This document shows positions 36,649 through 47,853 of a DNA stretch of 62,439 bases, in pieces. The notes beneath the pieces are model-generated. The model searched no databases, was not told where the DNA came from, and was given only the letters and a program-made list of their open reading frames with translations. Origin of the DNA: Mayamaea pseudoterrestris (lineage: Eukaryota); assembly GCA_027923505.1 (NCBI GenBank), contig BROI01000035.1, forward strand, positions 186,001 through 248,439. Reading direction: 5' to 3'. How positions within the stretch are numbered: the first letter of the stretch is position 1; every line of letters starts with the position of its first letter. A program made the position numbers and the translations under genes.

Positions 36649-37162
36649 TTCATTAATTGATTGAGCGAGAACGAGCTTGCAATATACTCGTGCTTGGAAA
36701 TCTTTGTTTGTTGCTTGCATTCTTGCTATATTGGTGGAAGGGGCGAGACGACACGACGACATTGTCAAAAGAATACCGTAGACCAACATAATAGCAGTGT
36801 CTTCTACTGGTTTTCCGTTGCTATTCCGCTTGTAATGTATTGCAATGGATGACAATACGAGTACTTGTACCAGTAGGTATACCCACATCTTTGGATCGAA
36901 CAGCAACATGGCGTTTCTGACAACAGCACATGCGCCGACTCGCGTACGAAGCAAGGAGGTCATGCGTCTGGAAAACGAGAGGCAGGTCATCCGTTCACTT
37001 TTGCGCAAACGGATCCAACTATGCATGACCGACTGCCCTTTCAGGTTCTATAGCGTATATATGTACAAAGACTGTAACAATCGACTGGAATATAGAGGCG
37101 CTTAGAGAGTCTTTCTGTTCATCGTGCTGCATCTACCATTTGGACTCGATCCGACGCCAAGC

Positions 37163-39979
37163 ATGTCGTCGTCGCATTCGCACCAGACATCCGACGACTA
37201 CAGCAGCAGCAATATTCCCAAGAACATGTCTACCATGTCTCTGGAAAGGCGACTCCAGCAATTAAAGGAAGAGTCTCAGAAGTTGGATCAAACATTGACG
37301 CAGAAACTTGCATCGAGTCCATCGGGTCAAAACCTTTTGCACATGAGCACCTCGCTGAATACACTGCCGCCGGATTTGCATTTGCTACTGCAGCAACTTC
37401 ATCCAATTTACTCGCAAGCTGAGCAAGCCGAAAGTAGTCAATGGGAGATTCTGGACGATCTGACGCAGGCTGCAAGAGCGATTCAACTGGCGGACCGAAG
37501 AGTCATTCACGCCAACGATTGCATTGACTTGTACGAGGATTTGATGGCTGCAGAGGCTTGCGTCATTCGCCGAAACAAGTACAAAGTAAACGATAAGGAG
37601 AATGAAAATCGAAAAATTCAGGAGGAGGAACATGACTGGGATGCCAATGACGATCTACAAGGTATGCGTCTATGCATGATGCATTCTGCATTCTACTAGC
37701 AGCCGTCACTCGTTTCTCGTCTCGTCACACTTGTCACTCACATGTTGCGCCTAATTCTTCGCAAAGACGACTTGAACTATGCGTCATCACTAGAGCGAGC
37801 CTCACATGTGACACTTTGTCTCATTCACGACTTGCATATTGCTACAGATGCGGTTTCGGCTTTGACAACGTCAGGCAAGCGAGGACTTTTGCCGTCGACG
37901 AGTAGCAACGACACTATCAATGACTCCATGACAACGACAAACAAACAGGTACCTTCGCTCGCGACGCCACTGCCAGATGACTGTGAAAGAGCGCAGTTCG
38001 TCATGAAGCTTGCCCCAAGAATTAGACGATTAGAGGCGGAAACTATAAAATGCTTGGCGGAGCAATTTGAGTTTTTGCTAAAGGAGTTCCATGCGCTGCA
38101 AACTCTGGAGCAGCAAAAGAATGCCAACAACGACGTTGAAGAACCAGTGATGGTCAACGATAGTAGCAATTTACATGACATGCAGCAGCAATCGCTACTG
38201 TTGGTGATGCTTGGACATGTCATGCGCGGACTAGCTCTACTCGGTCGAGGTAAGGAGGTGGAATCCATCTTTGGACGCGTCGCTATTATGCCACTAGTGC
38301 GGCCGCAAATTACAATGGGACGCATGGATGAGGGTGGGAATCGGGGTGAATGTGCCGGTTTGGAGAGGTTGCTGCAGGATGTTTTGCAGAGTGTTATCGT
38401 GACCTATGGACCAGTGGTTCGAATGAGTGAAACCATGTTTGTAAGTTACGATGGACCTACCGGTAACGATGAAGAATTGTCGGCTATGCTGGACGTTGAC
38501 TTGCTCACGGCCGGTGTATGGGTTCCGTTGGCAACGGCACTCATGGCCGACTCAGGTATTCAAATGGCAATCTTCTCGCCCGGAATAGCGAGCATACTGC
38601 AGGCAAATTACACGACGCTTGATCGGTTCCTCGCGCAATTAGCGGATCGAGTGTTGTTGGAAGAAGAAAATGCAAAAATTACTGTTGTTAAAGACGAGAG
38701 CAAAAGGCAAACCTTTGACCCCCTACAACAAAATTTGACGGAGGGGTGGTGTCGAAAAGCGCAGGAACGGATTTACGCGCACCCCAAGACAGCTGAATTT
38801 ACTAAGCGATGGAACTTGCCAATCTACTATCAGCTTCGATTCGGTGAGTGTTGCACTCGACTTAACAAAGCAATTGATGCTACGAGACGTAACGGTTGGA
38901 TAGCACAAGTGTTTAGTGGCAGTGAAGATAAAGAGGCAGTCATTAAGTCGCAATCTGGACTTGAAATTTCGTTTTTTGTTGAACTATATGACGTTATATT
39001 TGGATTGTGGCGGCCCGACGTTATTCTCACTCCATTGGCGAACCGGTTCCTGCGAGGTGCGATTCAAGTAATAGGCCGAACTGTGACGTTCGTCGAGGAA
39101 GGCATGCGATGTCGAGTCAGATTTGGCGACGAGCCGAAACCGCGGGAGGCAAGGAATGGCGCGACCGAAAATGGCAACGGTCAGGCGCTAGTAGTCGAAG
39201 CGACGGATGCTAGCGACGGCGGAGCAGTGTCGCATGCGCCGTACCCATCTCGAGCACCATACTATTGGGGAGAGAGCGAAGTGGATGTTGCCGGCGTGGC
39301 GTGGGAGCTCAACATACTAGAATCCATCTTGAGTCATGAGTATGGCACAGTTGTATGCGAAGCACTCAAGCTGTCAAACTTCGGTCCGGAGCGTGCTGAG
39401 ATTCGGGAGATTGTGGACGAAATGCTCAAGGAAGCAAGCAACCTTATACATCCATTAATTGATATGGCATGGAACGAGATCATTGTCGAACTGATAACGA
39501 AAAAGTGTGCGCAACCACTCGCTGCTGTTAAAGGAGTTGCTGCTACATATCGCATGACGAATCGACCTCCTCCAACGCAAGCTTCTCCATTTGTCGGCAC
39601 CGTGTTACGGCCACTGAAAGAATTCATCGACGAGTTTGGCCACCGAATTCCGGATCGAGTAGGATCAAAATGGAAGCACCAAATTGTCGCGACTATTGCT
39701 GAACAATATGCACTCGCTGTAGAGGAGCTCATCAGTACGGTTCAGAGAACGGAAGTGGCGCTGAATAGTCGAAGGACACGGAAATCAGCGACTGGTGGTA
39801 TGCGTGACGGCGAGAAGGTCAAACTCCAAGTATTTCTGGATTATGAACAGTTTACGAAGAGCTTAGAGGATGTCGGTGTCGATCCAGCCACGGTAATTGG
39901 TGTTTCGAAGCTTAAGCAACTGACGGCCGAGGGCGAGGAGTTGCTCAAGCGCAACGAAAATGGTAGTGGCAATATATAG
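37163..39979 (+). CDS. COG2: Conserved oligomeric Golgi complex subunit 2, full length
   Basis: Intron 37662-37766. COG2 motifs IFSPG, WNLPIYYQLRF, ATYRMTNRPPPTQASPFV and C-terminal MRDGEKVKLQVFLD. Confidence 0.88.
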
Positions 39980-40056
39980 CAATGTTTTGAGATAGAATAC
40001 GTAGTTTTAAAAGCCCATAGTACACCCATTGGCTCGACCATTTTCCGATAAGAATT

Positions 40057-41856
40057 TTAAAAGCCCATGGCACACCCATCGGCTCGTCCATCAGAGCCTG
40101 CCCACAGTACACCGTTTCTGCGGTCCCTTTTGATAATCTGTGCTCGTCCAAAGACACTACGATCATGGCCAGTAATTTTCGCCTGAACAAGGTGACCCCG
40201 CACTTGAAGATCACGAATCATCGCTTCCTCGAAGCCCTCTTCCATGAGAGCCACTCCATTATGCGTTCCATCGCTAATGCAGAATCGAGGAGCGTCGATG
40301 GCCGCCTGCGGATCCAACCCACCAGCCAGCATGCCAACAGTCAACTGCAAATGACCTTGCGGCTGCATGTTGCCGCCCATGTTGGACAATGTCGCGTAAA
40401 GTTCGTTTGTGTCGGAATGTGTCAACATGCCTGGAATGATAGTGTGAAAGGGTCGCTTGCCTGGCCCAGGCGCGTTGGGGTGGTTCGCTTGTAGCGTAAA
40501 ACCAAACCCTCTGTTTTGCAACGTAAACCCACAGCCATTCGGAACAATGCCCGTGCCGAATCCCATGTAGTTGCTATTTACAAATGAAACGGCGTTGGCA
40601 TTTGCGTCCACCACTTGGAAGCTGACAGTGCAGCTCGAAGCATCAGGTACTCCGTGTATCTTGGCATGAGCTGGATCAAACAATCGTTCAGCTCGCTCGC
40701 CAATTCGTTCCTCGTGCAATAACCACTTTGAGTCTACTTTCATGGTTTCCATGTCACCAACGTGAGCTGTCGAGTCGGCAAATCCAAGTCGCATCATTTC
40801 CAAGAGTGCGTGAACTGTGTCGGCATTCGAAAAATTGTCTGGAGCAATTGGCGGTATCAACTTCTTTTCTTCCAAGTGCCGCAGTCCCGACAATGCAACC
40901 AGTCCAGCAACTCCTTGGCCGTTTGGAGGCACTTGCCAGAGTTTGCAGCCTCGATATTCGGCGTGTATCGGATCCGGAAAGGTACTCGAATGTAACACCA
41001 AGTCTTCCTGGGTCAGGCAGCCGCCATGCTTCTGCACAACGTCAACAATCGCACGACCGGTCATTCCTCTATAAAAGCCGTCCGCTGCTCCATGCTCACC
41101 AAAGTCTCGCAAGACTCTAGCCATGTCTGGGTTGTGAATGATTTCGCCAGGCTCCGGTCCGCGGCCATCAATGGCCAAAGGAACGGCCTCATTTATTTCC
41201 AGCCACTTTGTAATTTGACTCATGCCACTCTTCCAATGATATGATGTAATGGGCGCTACTGGAAAGCCTTCCTCAGCCAATCGAATGGCCGGTTCGAGTA
41301 ATGCCAGCATGGTGAAATTGCCACTCCCATGCTTGTCAAGTAAGTCTTGCCATCCCATGGCTGCACCTGGCACTGTTACAGAGTCTGGCGAGTCTCTATA
41401 TATAATCTTGTCGACTCCCGGTAGTTCGTCATGCTGGTTGGTTGGATACTTTGTCTGTAGTAGCTCCATGTTTAGCTTACGAGGACTCTTGCCGGATCCG
41501 TTAATTGTGTGAACCGTTCGTGTTTGACTCTGGTAGTACAAGCAGAACATGTCACCACCAAGGCCCGTACTGCAAGGCTCTACGACAGCCAGAGCAGCAG
41601 CGACTCCAATGGCTGCTTCCGCTGCATTAGCGCCTGCCTTTAACAAGTCGTAGCCGATGGCCGATGCGAGAGGTTGACTGGAAGCGACGCACGCATGACG
41701 ACAAAGAAGCGGACTGCGTCGAGAATCGAATGCAAGATGATGTTCATTGTTTTGAAGGCTTGTCGCTTTGCTTTCTTCGCTTTCGCTTGCTAATACCGGT
41801 ATGCCTTCTTGAGCATTTGACAATGGAGGTAGTGAAGATTTGTACCAGTCGGCCAT
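40057..41856 (-). CDS. Gamma-glutamyltranspeptidase family protein
   Basis: Motifs VEPCSTGLGGDMF, VTVPGAAMGW, VPPNGQG, nucleophile region CTVSFQVVD, KRPFHTIIP, MGGNMQPQGH and terminal GSDGRADGCAMGF. Confidence 0.93.
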   Translation of the reverse strand: MADWYKSSLPPLSNAQEGIPVLASESEESKATSLQNNEHHLAFDSRRSPLLCRHACVASSQPLASAIGYDLLKAGANAAEAAIGVAAALAVVEPCSTGLGGDMFCLYYQSQTRTVHTINGSGKSPRKLNMELLQTKYPTNQHDELPGVDKIIYRDSPDSVTVPGAAMGWQDLLDKHGSGNFTMLALLEPAIRLAEEGFPVAPITSYHWKSGMSQITKWLEINEAVPLAIDGRGPEPGEIIHNPDMARVLRDFGEHGAADGFYRGMTGRAIVDVVQKHGGCLTQEDLVLHSSTFPDPIHAEYRGCKLWQVPPNGQGVAGLVALSGLRHLEEKKLIPPIAPDNFSNADTVHALLEMMRLGFADSTAHVGDMETMKVDSKWLLHEERIGERAERLFDPAHAKIHGVPDASSCTVSFQVVDANANAVSFVNSNYMGFGTGIVPNGCGFTLQNRGFGFTLQANHPNAPGPGKRPFHTIIPGMLTHSDTNELYATLSNMGGNMQPQGHLQLTVGMLAGGLDPQAAIDAPRFCISDGTHNGVALMEEGFEEAMIRDLQVRGHLVQAKITGHDRSVFGRAQIIKRDRRNGVLWAGSDGRADGCAMGF

Positions 41857-42208
41857 GCTGACTTCCTGTTGGCCTGTTGGCTGCTGAATGGAAGCAACAA
41901 GGCTACCTACGTTTGCACTCTCGTCAGACGCCGGTCATAAAAAATGATGCACTTGCTTGATGCTTCATTTTACCAGCCCTTTTTGGACAACAATACAAGT
42001 CAGAAGCGTCGCGTCATTTTGGATTTTGATGGGTTGCAATCGTTGAATGTCAGTGCGACATTTTGGATCATTCAGCAACGAAGTTAGCTATGCATGATTT
42101 GCCGGTATAAATAGCCATTGACTTCTACGAGAAATAATTTCCATTTGCACCATGTACAATACAAAGGACGTACAGGAGTACAAGTGGTAAGAAGTGCAAG
42201 GCCATGGC

Positions 42209-45200
42209 ATGATTCCAAGTCTCATTCAAGATACCGGTACGACACACTGGGAATCTTCAACCTTGATGCAGAAGCGAAACGTTTTTGACCCAACGCCGAT
42301 CTATCATCACCATGACAAGAATCGCCAGGCGCGCGACGCATGGCAAAACAGCGTCAAACCTAATATGAATAATCAGATAGTAAATGAACAAGACGATATT
42401 GATTTGGATGACTTTCTAGATGATCTTTTGGATACAGCGGCGGCGACAGCAGCAGACGCCGAGGCGTCACTCCTTCGAGAATGTGACAGCACCAATACCG
42501 CACTTCCGTTGACAAGTATGTATTCTCCAGCGGAGGATAATATAAAAGACAAGAAATTCGAATCAAGATGTATCCAGCAGGATCAGCTACCATCCAGTGC
42601 CTTGCTTTCGTCCAAGCGCGAGTCAAAGATCCCGACGCCGACAAACATTCGCAAGAAAGACGCGATCAACCGTAAACATGAAACGACGTTCGTCTCCGCA
42701 AATTCCGATGAAATTATTCAGCGCCAGCCAGTCTCTGTTGAAAAATCTGATTGCAGCGTAACGGGAGCTTCAATAAACATGAACGGTACTACGCGATTGC
42801 CAGCAGAAAGTCGAATTCCAGCACCCAGAATGAACTTTAGCAAAACCAAACCATCCAAGTCACCAACGATTCCACAAGCACCTCGACTGCATGCGTCGCG
42901 ATTCAATAAACGGGAAATGAGTCAGGAGGATCCTTACGCCATGGCCCAAGCTGATCACGTGCTCAAAAAGAACTTGCGCAGCAGCCCAGAAACAGCATCC
43001 AGTGAAACGAGCAAGCGATCGCCAACCCATACTACCATTTCGCAAGCACCTCGCCTACATCAGTCGCGAGTCAATAGGCAAGAGATTAGTATGGAGGATC
43101 CATATTCCATGGCGCAGGCTGACCATGTACTGAGAATGGCTCTGCGAAATACCGGTAGTCCACAGACTTGTTCAAGAAAAAGCAAACGATCGCCGACTGG
43201 CATTACTGTCCCAAAAGCACCAGCATTTCATCACTCAAATCGAAAGCAGCAAGCAAAACAGCAGCCAATGCAGGCGCAAGTGTTCATGGCACAGAGTCTT
43301 GATTTGCTGAAAAAGAATTTAAGAAGCTCTCCCATCGCATCACCGAATTCTCCTGCATCGCCCTCGAAAACTATTCCGCAAGCGCCAACTTTTCATTCAG
43401 TTCACGAACGAAAACTACCAAAGAGTCGTGATGAAATGGAATTGGAAAGCATACAACAATCTACGACCTTTAAAGCGACTCCCATGCCAGACTTTTCCTC
43501 GTTGGCGACGATACCAGCGATCGATTCGCCGAACCGAACGAAAGCAACACCGACTATTACCGAGCCGTTTCATTTCCAATCCGAGGATCGAGCAGCTCAT
43601 CACAAGAAGCCAGAGGCTAGTGTTGACAAGGAAGCTTTGGATTTGGAAGAATGCAAGAACAAATTCAAGGCTAGGCCCATGCCAGGCGAGTTCAAACAGC
43701 AGCGCCATCGAATAGACGAGGAGGCGAGTGATTCACCGACAAAATCGACTACATCGACTCGGCTAACCATAGACGAACCTGCTTTTACTCCATTTAAAGC
43801 TCGACCTATTCCGCAATCTACATACATGTCGCCCGAAAACTATCACTCCGTCTCGTCCGTGAGTAGTCACAATCTACCGCAAATGATTGACTCGGTCGAC
43901 TTGGAGGCAACCCTTCATGAGCAAAATGGTCAATATAACGACAGTAGCAATAAAGTGGACCATCTCGACGGGTCGTTGTCTACCTCGTCAGCGGAAAAGA
44001 GATTACGGCTCGAGGAATACAGGCGCAAAAAGGACGAGAAGCGAAAGTTTGAGCAGGAAGAGGAGCTACGGCGACGCGAGTTTCATGCTCGTCCACTCCC
44101 AAAGTCGATCCAGCAGCAGCTAAATCATAGGGGTGAACATGAAATGATAAAAAAGAACACTATAGGACATGCCGATGATAGAACAGCATTTACATTCCAT
44201 GCGCGACCGCTGCCAAAGTCCATCGCACTGGAGTTGCAGCAACGCACTAGCAACAATAAGAGGAAGCCACTTATTGGAGAAGAAACAACAACGTTTAAGT
44301 TTCTCGCCCGCCCGTTGCCAAACTCGACTGTTCCAAAAATACTCAAGCGCAACGAAGTGAAATCAGCTGCGCACGATGATACCATGGGTGTGAACATTGC
44401 CGACGGAAAGAAAAGTTGTGTAAATCAGTCGACGACTACTTTGTCGCTTAGCACCAACAAGATATACGCAATAAAGTCGCCGAATGCCAACAAAGATACG
44501 ACGGACCCGCAAATACATGTTCAAAGTCACAAAGGTTCGGCATCAGAAGTGCAGAATGCAAGCGAGTATCAGGCAGGTTCGATGCCTGCATTGACAGAGC
44601 GATTCAATGCAATGGTTAAGATGAACGCAAAAACTGCAAGAGAGTTTCGAGCGGGCGCTCGTTTTGATACGGAGTCGAATGAAGACAGCAAGGCTGCTGC
44701 ATTATCTCCTTTGAATGCGTCGACAGGACGAACAACAGTCTCTTGCGAATCTTCTAAACCTACCTCCTATAGCCAGCATCCACACTCAGTCAAAATGTTC
44801 ATCTTGATATGCATCGTTCGTCTCGTCAATACTCATTTCATCCAGTCCTACTTTGAAGCCGATGAATACTGGCAAACTCTTGAGCCGGCCTACTGCGCTG
44901 CATATTTTCCTGACCATAACGATTGTTCAGGGCTGACCTGGGAATGGAAACGCCGATCAGGTCTCGACGTCGTGTCGATCAGTGATATGTTGATGGCAAG
45001 TATGCTGGGACCTGTGCGGACATACTTGTCCGTGCTGCCAACTTTCTTCCTTTACAAGATTGCTCAATTCTTTGGTTTGGACTCTAGTGGGATGATAGCT
45101 CGCGGCCCGATGATTCTCAACTCTATAATTGTAGCAGCGTCAACAGACTGGTGCGTCTGGTATTCTGCTCGGTGGTTGCAAAGAGACGGCGCAGGCAATT

Positions 45201-46666
45201 ACAATATTTCTATCCCACGATGGTGCCTCTTCGCTAGCTTGGCGTCTTGGTTTAACGCATATTCTTTGGTTCGGACACTTTCCAACTCGCAGGAGACGTG
45301 TTTTCTTGCGATGGGAGTTGCCCTGCTCAGTCCAGAGCTACTTGGAAACAAGAACGGCAAATGGTCGGTTGTAAGAGCCGCGTTTGCGTTCTTCATTGGT
45401 GGTATGAGTACCGCTATCCGCTTCACATCGGTCACGTCGTTTCTAATGGCTGGTGTTTTACTGGCTAATCGACAAACAACGTTGCTGCGCCAGCTTGGCT
45501 ATATCATCTTTCCTTGCGGCTTGTTTGGCGCATTGGGTATTGGCATCGCAATGCTTGTGGATCGGTTGTTTTACGAGTTCTGGACAGTGCCATTTATAGG
45601 AAACATCCACTTTAATGTACTTTTGGGCAACTCGTCTCTGTACGGAACTCATCCTTGGCATTGGTATTTAAAATGCGGTTTGCCAGCAGTAACAGGATTG
45701 CTCTTGCCGTTTCTCCTTGCTGATTTTTGTGGTCGGGGTTCATCAAGCTACGGCCGGCGAAATCTTTGGGTAATAGTGATGAGCTACGTGGCGACGTTGT
45801 CGTTAAGCGCACACAAAGAGTTTCGGTTCCTGCACCCCATTCTTCCATTAGTGTGTCTGTTGGCTGGTCCTCGAGTCTCTTCTGTTATGTCCGATTCAAG
45901 GGGGCTTTCTTCTAGGTTCTGTCGATGCTCCTTTGTTTTCATCTTTGCCGTGGCGAACTTTGCGGCCACTCTATATCTAGGGATGCTGCACCAAACTGCG
46001 CCAATCTCAGTCAATCGCAAGATTATTGACTTGACTCGATCAGGGCCTGGCGTTTCGAACACTATCTACTCAATCTACTTCTGGACTGGCGATTGTCACT
46101 CGACTCCTTTGCATAGTCATCTTCACTCGCCCACATATCAATTTGAAACTTGGTCTTTGGATTGTTCGCCCATTTGCCTTACAGATCCAGCTATCATGTG
46201 CGAATCAGAACGTTTCGCTGCCGACCCATTGTCATTTGTCAATGATGCCTTGTGCACTACTGATGAAACAATGACACGTGTTTGTGACGCTGACGGGCAC
46301 AGTGCGCAAGTTTGTCGAAACATCGCTTCCCCATGCTCGCATACTCGAATGGTTCCTGATTTCGTTGTCACGCGCTCACGTTATGAAAATATTATCCGCC
46401 GTCCACTTGAACAATCGGGTCTGCGAGAAGTGGCAAGATTCATTAACTCTATTCAAGGGCTGCGAGTGATGGACCGAGTCTTTGGCAGCGAAAGTTTTGA
46501 CGACGGTGCTTTCCGGCATCTAGATCCGATGGGCATGCTTGATTTGCTTTTAAGCGGCCGCTTCAGAACACTTACCACTGTCGAGCATCACGACCAGAGT
46601 TTTCAAGCGGTCCACAATGTATTAGAGTTTAGTATCGACGAAATGATCCTATTCTCTAGAGTGTAA
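42209..46666 (+). CDS. PIGB: Single ORF joining an N-terminal TPX2-like repeat region to GPI mannosyltransferase 3 (PIG-B/Gpi10, GT22)
   Basis: The part from about 44795 has SYFEADEYWQTLEPAY, LTWEW, YGTHPWHWY, HKEFRFLHPILP and CHSTPLHSHLH. The first about 860 aa carry repeated TIPQAP, PFHFQSEDRA and F(K/H)ARP(M/I/L)P motifs. Confidence 0.8.
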   Translation: MIPSLIQDTGTTHWESSTLMQKRNVFDPTPIYHHHDKNRQARDAWQNSVKPNMNNQIVNEQDDIDLDDFLDDLLDTAAATAADAEASLLRECDSTNTALPLTSMYSPAEDNIKDKKFESRCIQQDQLPSSALLSSKRESKIPTPTNIRKKDAINRKHETTFVSANSDEIIQRQPVSVEKSDCSVTGASINMNGTTRLPAESRIPAPRMNFSKTKPSKSPTIPQAPRLHASRFNKREMSQEDPYAMAQADHVLKKNLRSSPETASSETSKRSPTHTTISQAPRLHQSRVNRQEISMEDPYSMAQADHVLRMALRNTGSPQTCSRKSKRSPTGITVPKAPAFHHSNRKQQAKQQPMQAQVFMAQSLDLLKKNLRSSPIASPNSPASPSKTIPQAPTFHSVHERKLPKSRDEMELESIQQSTTFKATPMPDFSSLATIPAIDSPNRTKATPTITEPFHFQSEDRAAHHKKPEASVDKEALDLEECKNKFKARPMPGEFKQQRHRIDEEASDSPTKSTTSTRLTIDEPAFTPFKARPIPQSTYMSPENYHSVSSVSSHNLPQMIDSVDLEATLHEQNGQYNDSSNKVDHLDGSLSTSSAEKRLRLEEYRRKKDEKRKFEQEEELRRREFHARPLPKSIQQQLNHRGEHEMIKKNTIGHADDRTAFTFHARPLPKSIALELQQRTSNNKRKPLIGEETTTFKFLARPLPNSTVPKILKRNEVKSAAHDDTMGVNIADGKKSCVNQSTTTLSLSTNKIYAIKSPNANKDTTDPQIHVQSHKGSASEVQNASEYQAGSMPALTERFNAMVKMNAKTAREFRAGARFDTESNEDSKAAALSPLNASTGRTTVSCESSKPTSYSQHPHSVKMFILICIVRLVNTHFIQSYFEADEYWQTLEPAYCAAYFPDHNDCSGLTWEWKRRSGLDVVSISDMLMASMLGPVRTYLSVLPTFFLYKIAQFFGLDSSGMIARGPMILNSIIVAASTDWCVWYSARWLQRDGAGNYNISIPRWCLFASLASWFNAYSLVRTLSNSQETCFLAMGVALLSPELLGNKNGKWSVVRAAFAFFIGGMSTAIRFTSVTSFLMAGVLLANRQTTLLRQLGYIIFPCGLFGALGIGIAMLVDRLFYEFWTVPFIGNIHFNVLLGNSSLYGTHPWHWYLKCGLPAVTGLLLPFLLADFCGRGSSSYGRRNLWVIVMSYVATLSLSAHKEFRFLHPILPLVCLLAGPRVSSVMSDSRGLSSRFCRCSFVFIFAVANFAATLYLGMLHQTAPISVNRKIIDLTRSGPGVSNTIYSIYFWTGDCHSTPLHSHLHSPTYQFETWSLDCSPICLTDPAIMCESERFAADPLSFVNDALCTTDETMTRVCDADGHSAQVCRNIASPCSHTRMVPDFVVTRSRYENIIRRPLEQSGLREVARFINSIQGLRVMDRVFGSESFDDGAFRHLDPMGMLDLLLSGRFRTLTTVEHHDQSFQAVHNVLEFSIDEMILFSRV

Positions 46667-46729
46667 TGTTTGTATACTACATACTTTTTGGACTTTTGAC
46701 TACGCGGTACTCATTATCCGTAAGCAATA

Positions 46730-47485
46730 TCATACGTTGGCGGATGGCGTCGACTCCAATGACTTTAATGGACACTGGAAGGATTGTATAATAGTCAATG
46801 GCTCAAGCAGCTCCACAAGTACCTGCAGCAAATCCTCATTGGAATCTCGCTTCAATTCTAGCTCAACTTCCTTAAAACAAGCAGCGTACGCACACTGCGT
46901 AAATCCCAAACTCCGGAAGAGCTGTAGCGACGCCGAGTTGTTTTCCTTTATTTTGCAAAACACGCGACGTACTTGCAAGTGGCGAGAGACGAGGTAGTGC
47001 ATCGTCAAACAAATCGCCTCTCGACCAAGTCCCTGACGCTGGTAGCTTGGCGCAGCAATCATAATATCAATTTCGGCCTGCGTCGGCTCGAGCGACTCCT
47101 GCGACAAAGTCGCATGCGATACTTGATAGTGTTCATCGTCTGATTTAATTTCTTCTTCGATTTGTGATAGAAACATGTTCACATCCCCTGCCATTGCGGA
47201 AAGCGTTTCTTGTATAAAATCGCTGGATTCGCCTTTTGCTAGTGACTGCAAAACGTTTTCGTCGACGGCTTGTTTCGCCAATACGATATATGTACATTTA
47301 TTGGGATCGTCACGCCAAGTCTCCTGCATCTCATACTCTTCGTCACGCGTCAATGGATCGGATGCAGTCGCCTCCAGCATCAAGGGGTCTTGCATCCACA
47401 CGTGATAAACTGCTACATGCTCTTTTCGATAGGGAACGAGAATGCATTTCCCCCCAACTATCACTTCCTCGTAGTTGAGTAACAT
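46730..47485 (-). CDS. NAT9: N-acetyltransferase 9-like (GNAT)
   Basis: Motifs LVPYRKEHVAVYHVWMQD, ATASDPLTRDEEYEMQETWRDD, MAGDVNMFL and AEIDIMIA...RQGLGREA. Confidence 0.92.
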   Translation of the reverse strand: MLLNYEEVIVGGKCILVPYRKEHVAVYHVWMQDPLMLEATASDPLTRDEEYEMQETWRDDPNKCTYIVLAKQAVDENVLQSLAKGESSDFIQETLSAMAGDVNMFLSQIEEEIKSDDEHYQVSHATLSQESLEPTQAEIDIMIAAPSYQRQGLGREAICLTMHYLVSRHLQVRRVFCKIKENNSASLQLFRSLGFTQCAYAACFKEVELELKRDSNEDLLQVLVELLEPLTIIQSFQCPLKSLESTPSANV

Positions 47486-47853
47486 GGCTTCCGGAATGGT
47501 ACTTGTTTATGTGAAGACTTGGAACAAGCTGCGTTTGACGAGCTGAAAATCATGGTGACGAACGTAGCGAGCCTCAGCGGAAAAGGGAACGATGACACGA
47601 TCATGATTATTATTTGGCACGATTAAATTGTGCCTCCCGGTATGTCATTGATATTTAATTTACTATTGCCTTGACGCTAGGCGCGCACCGCGACCTCACA
47701 GTCAACAAGATAACAATGTCGTATCGGTTGTCGCTTGAAACCGGAACGACATTCTTCGTGTCCTCCAATGATGATGATGAGTCGAATCGCTTGGTTGACC
47801 ATGGCTTCCACATCTTCCTCATCAGATTCGCATACATTTACTAGAAATAGACA

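Larger units (their letters stand above)
33613..39781. repeat. Tandem segmental duplication, copy 2
   Basis: Matches 27444-33612 and continues into unique sequence at about 39782. Confidence 0.97.
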
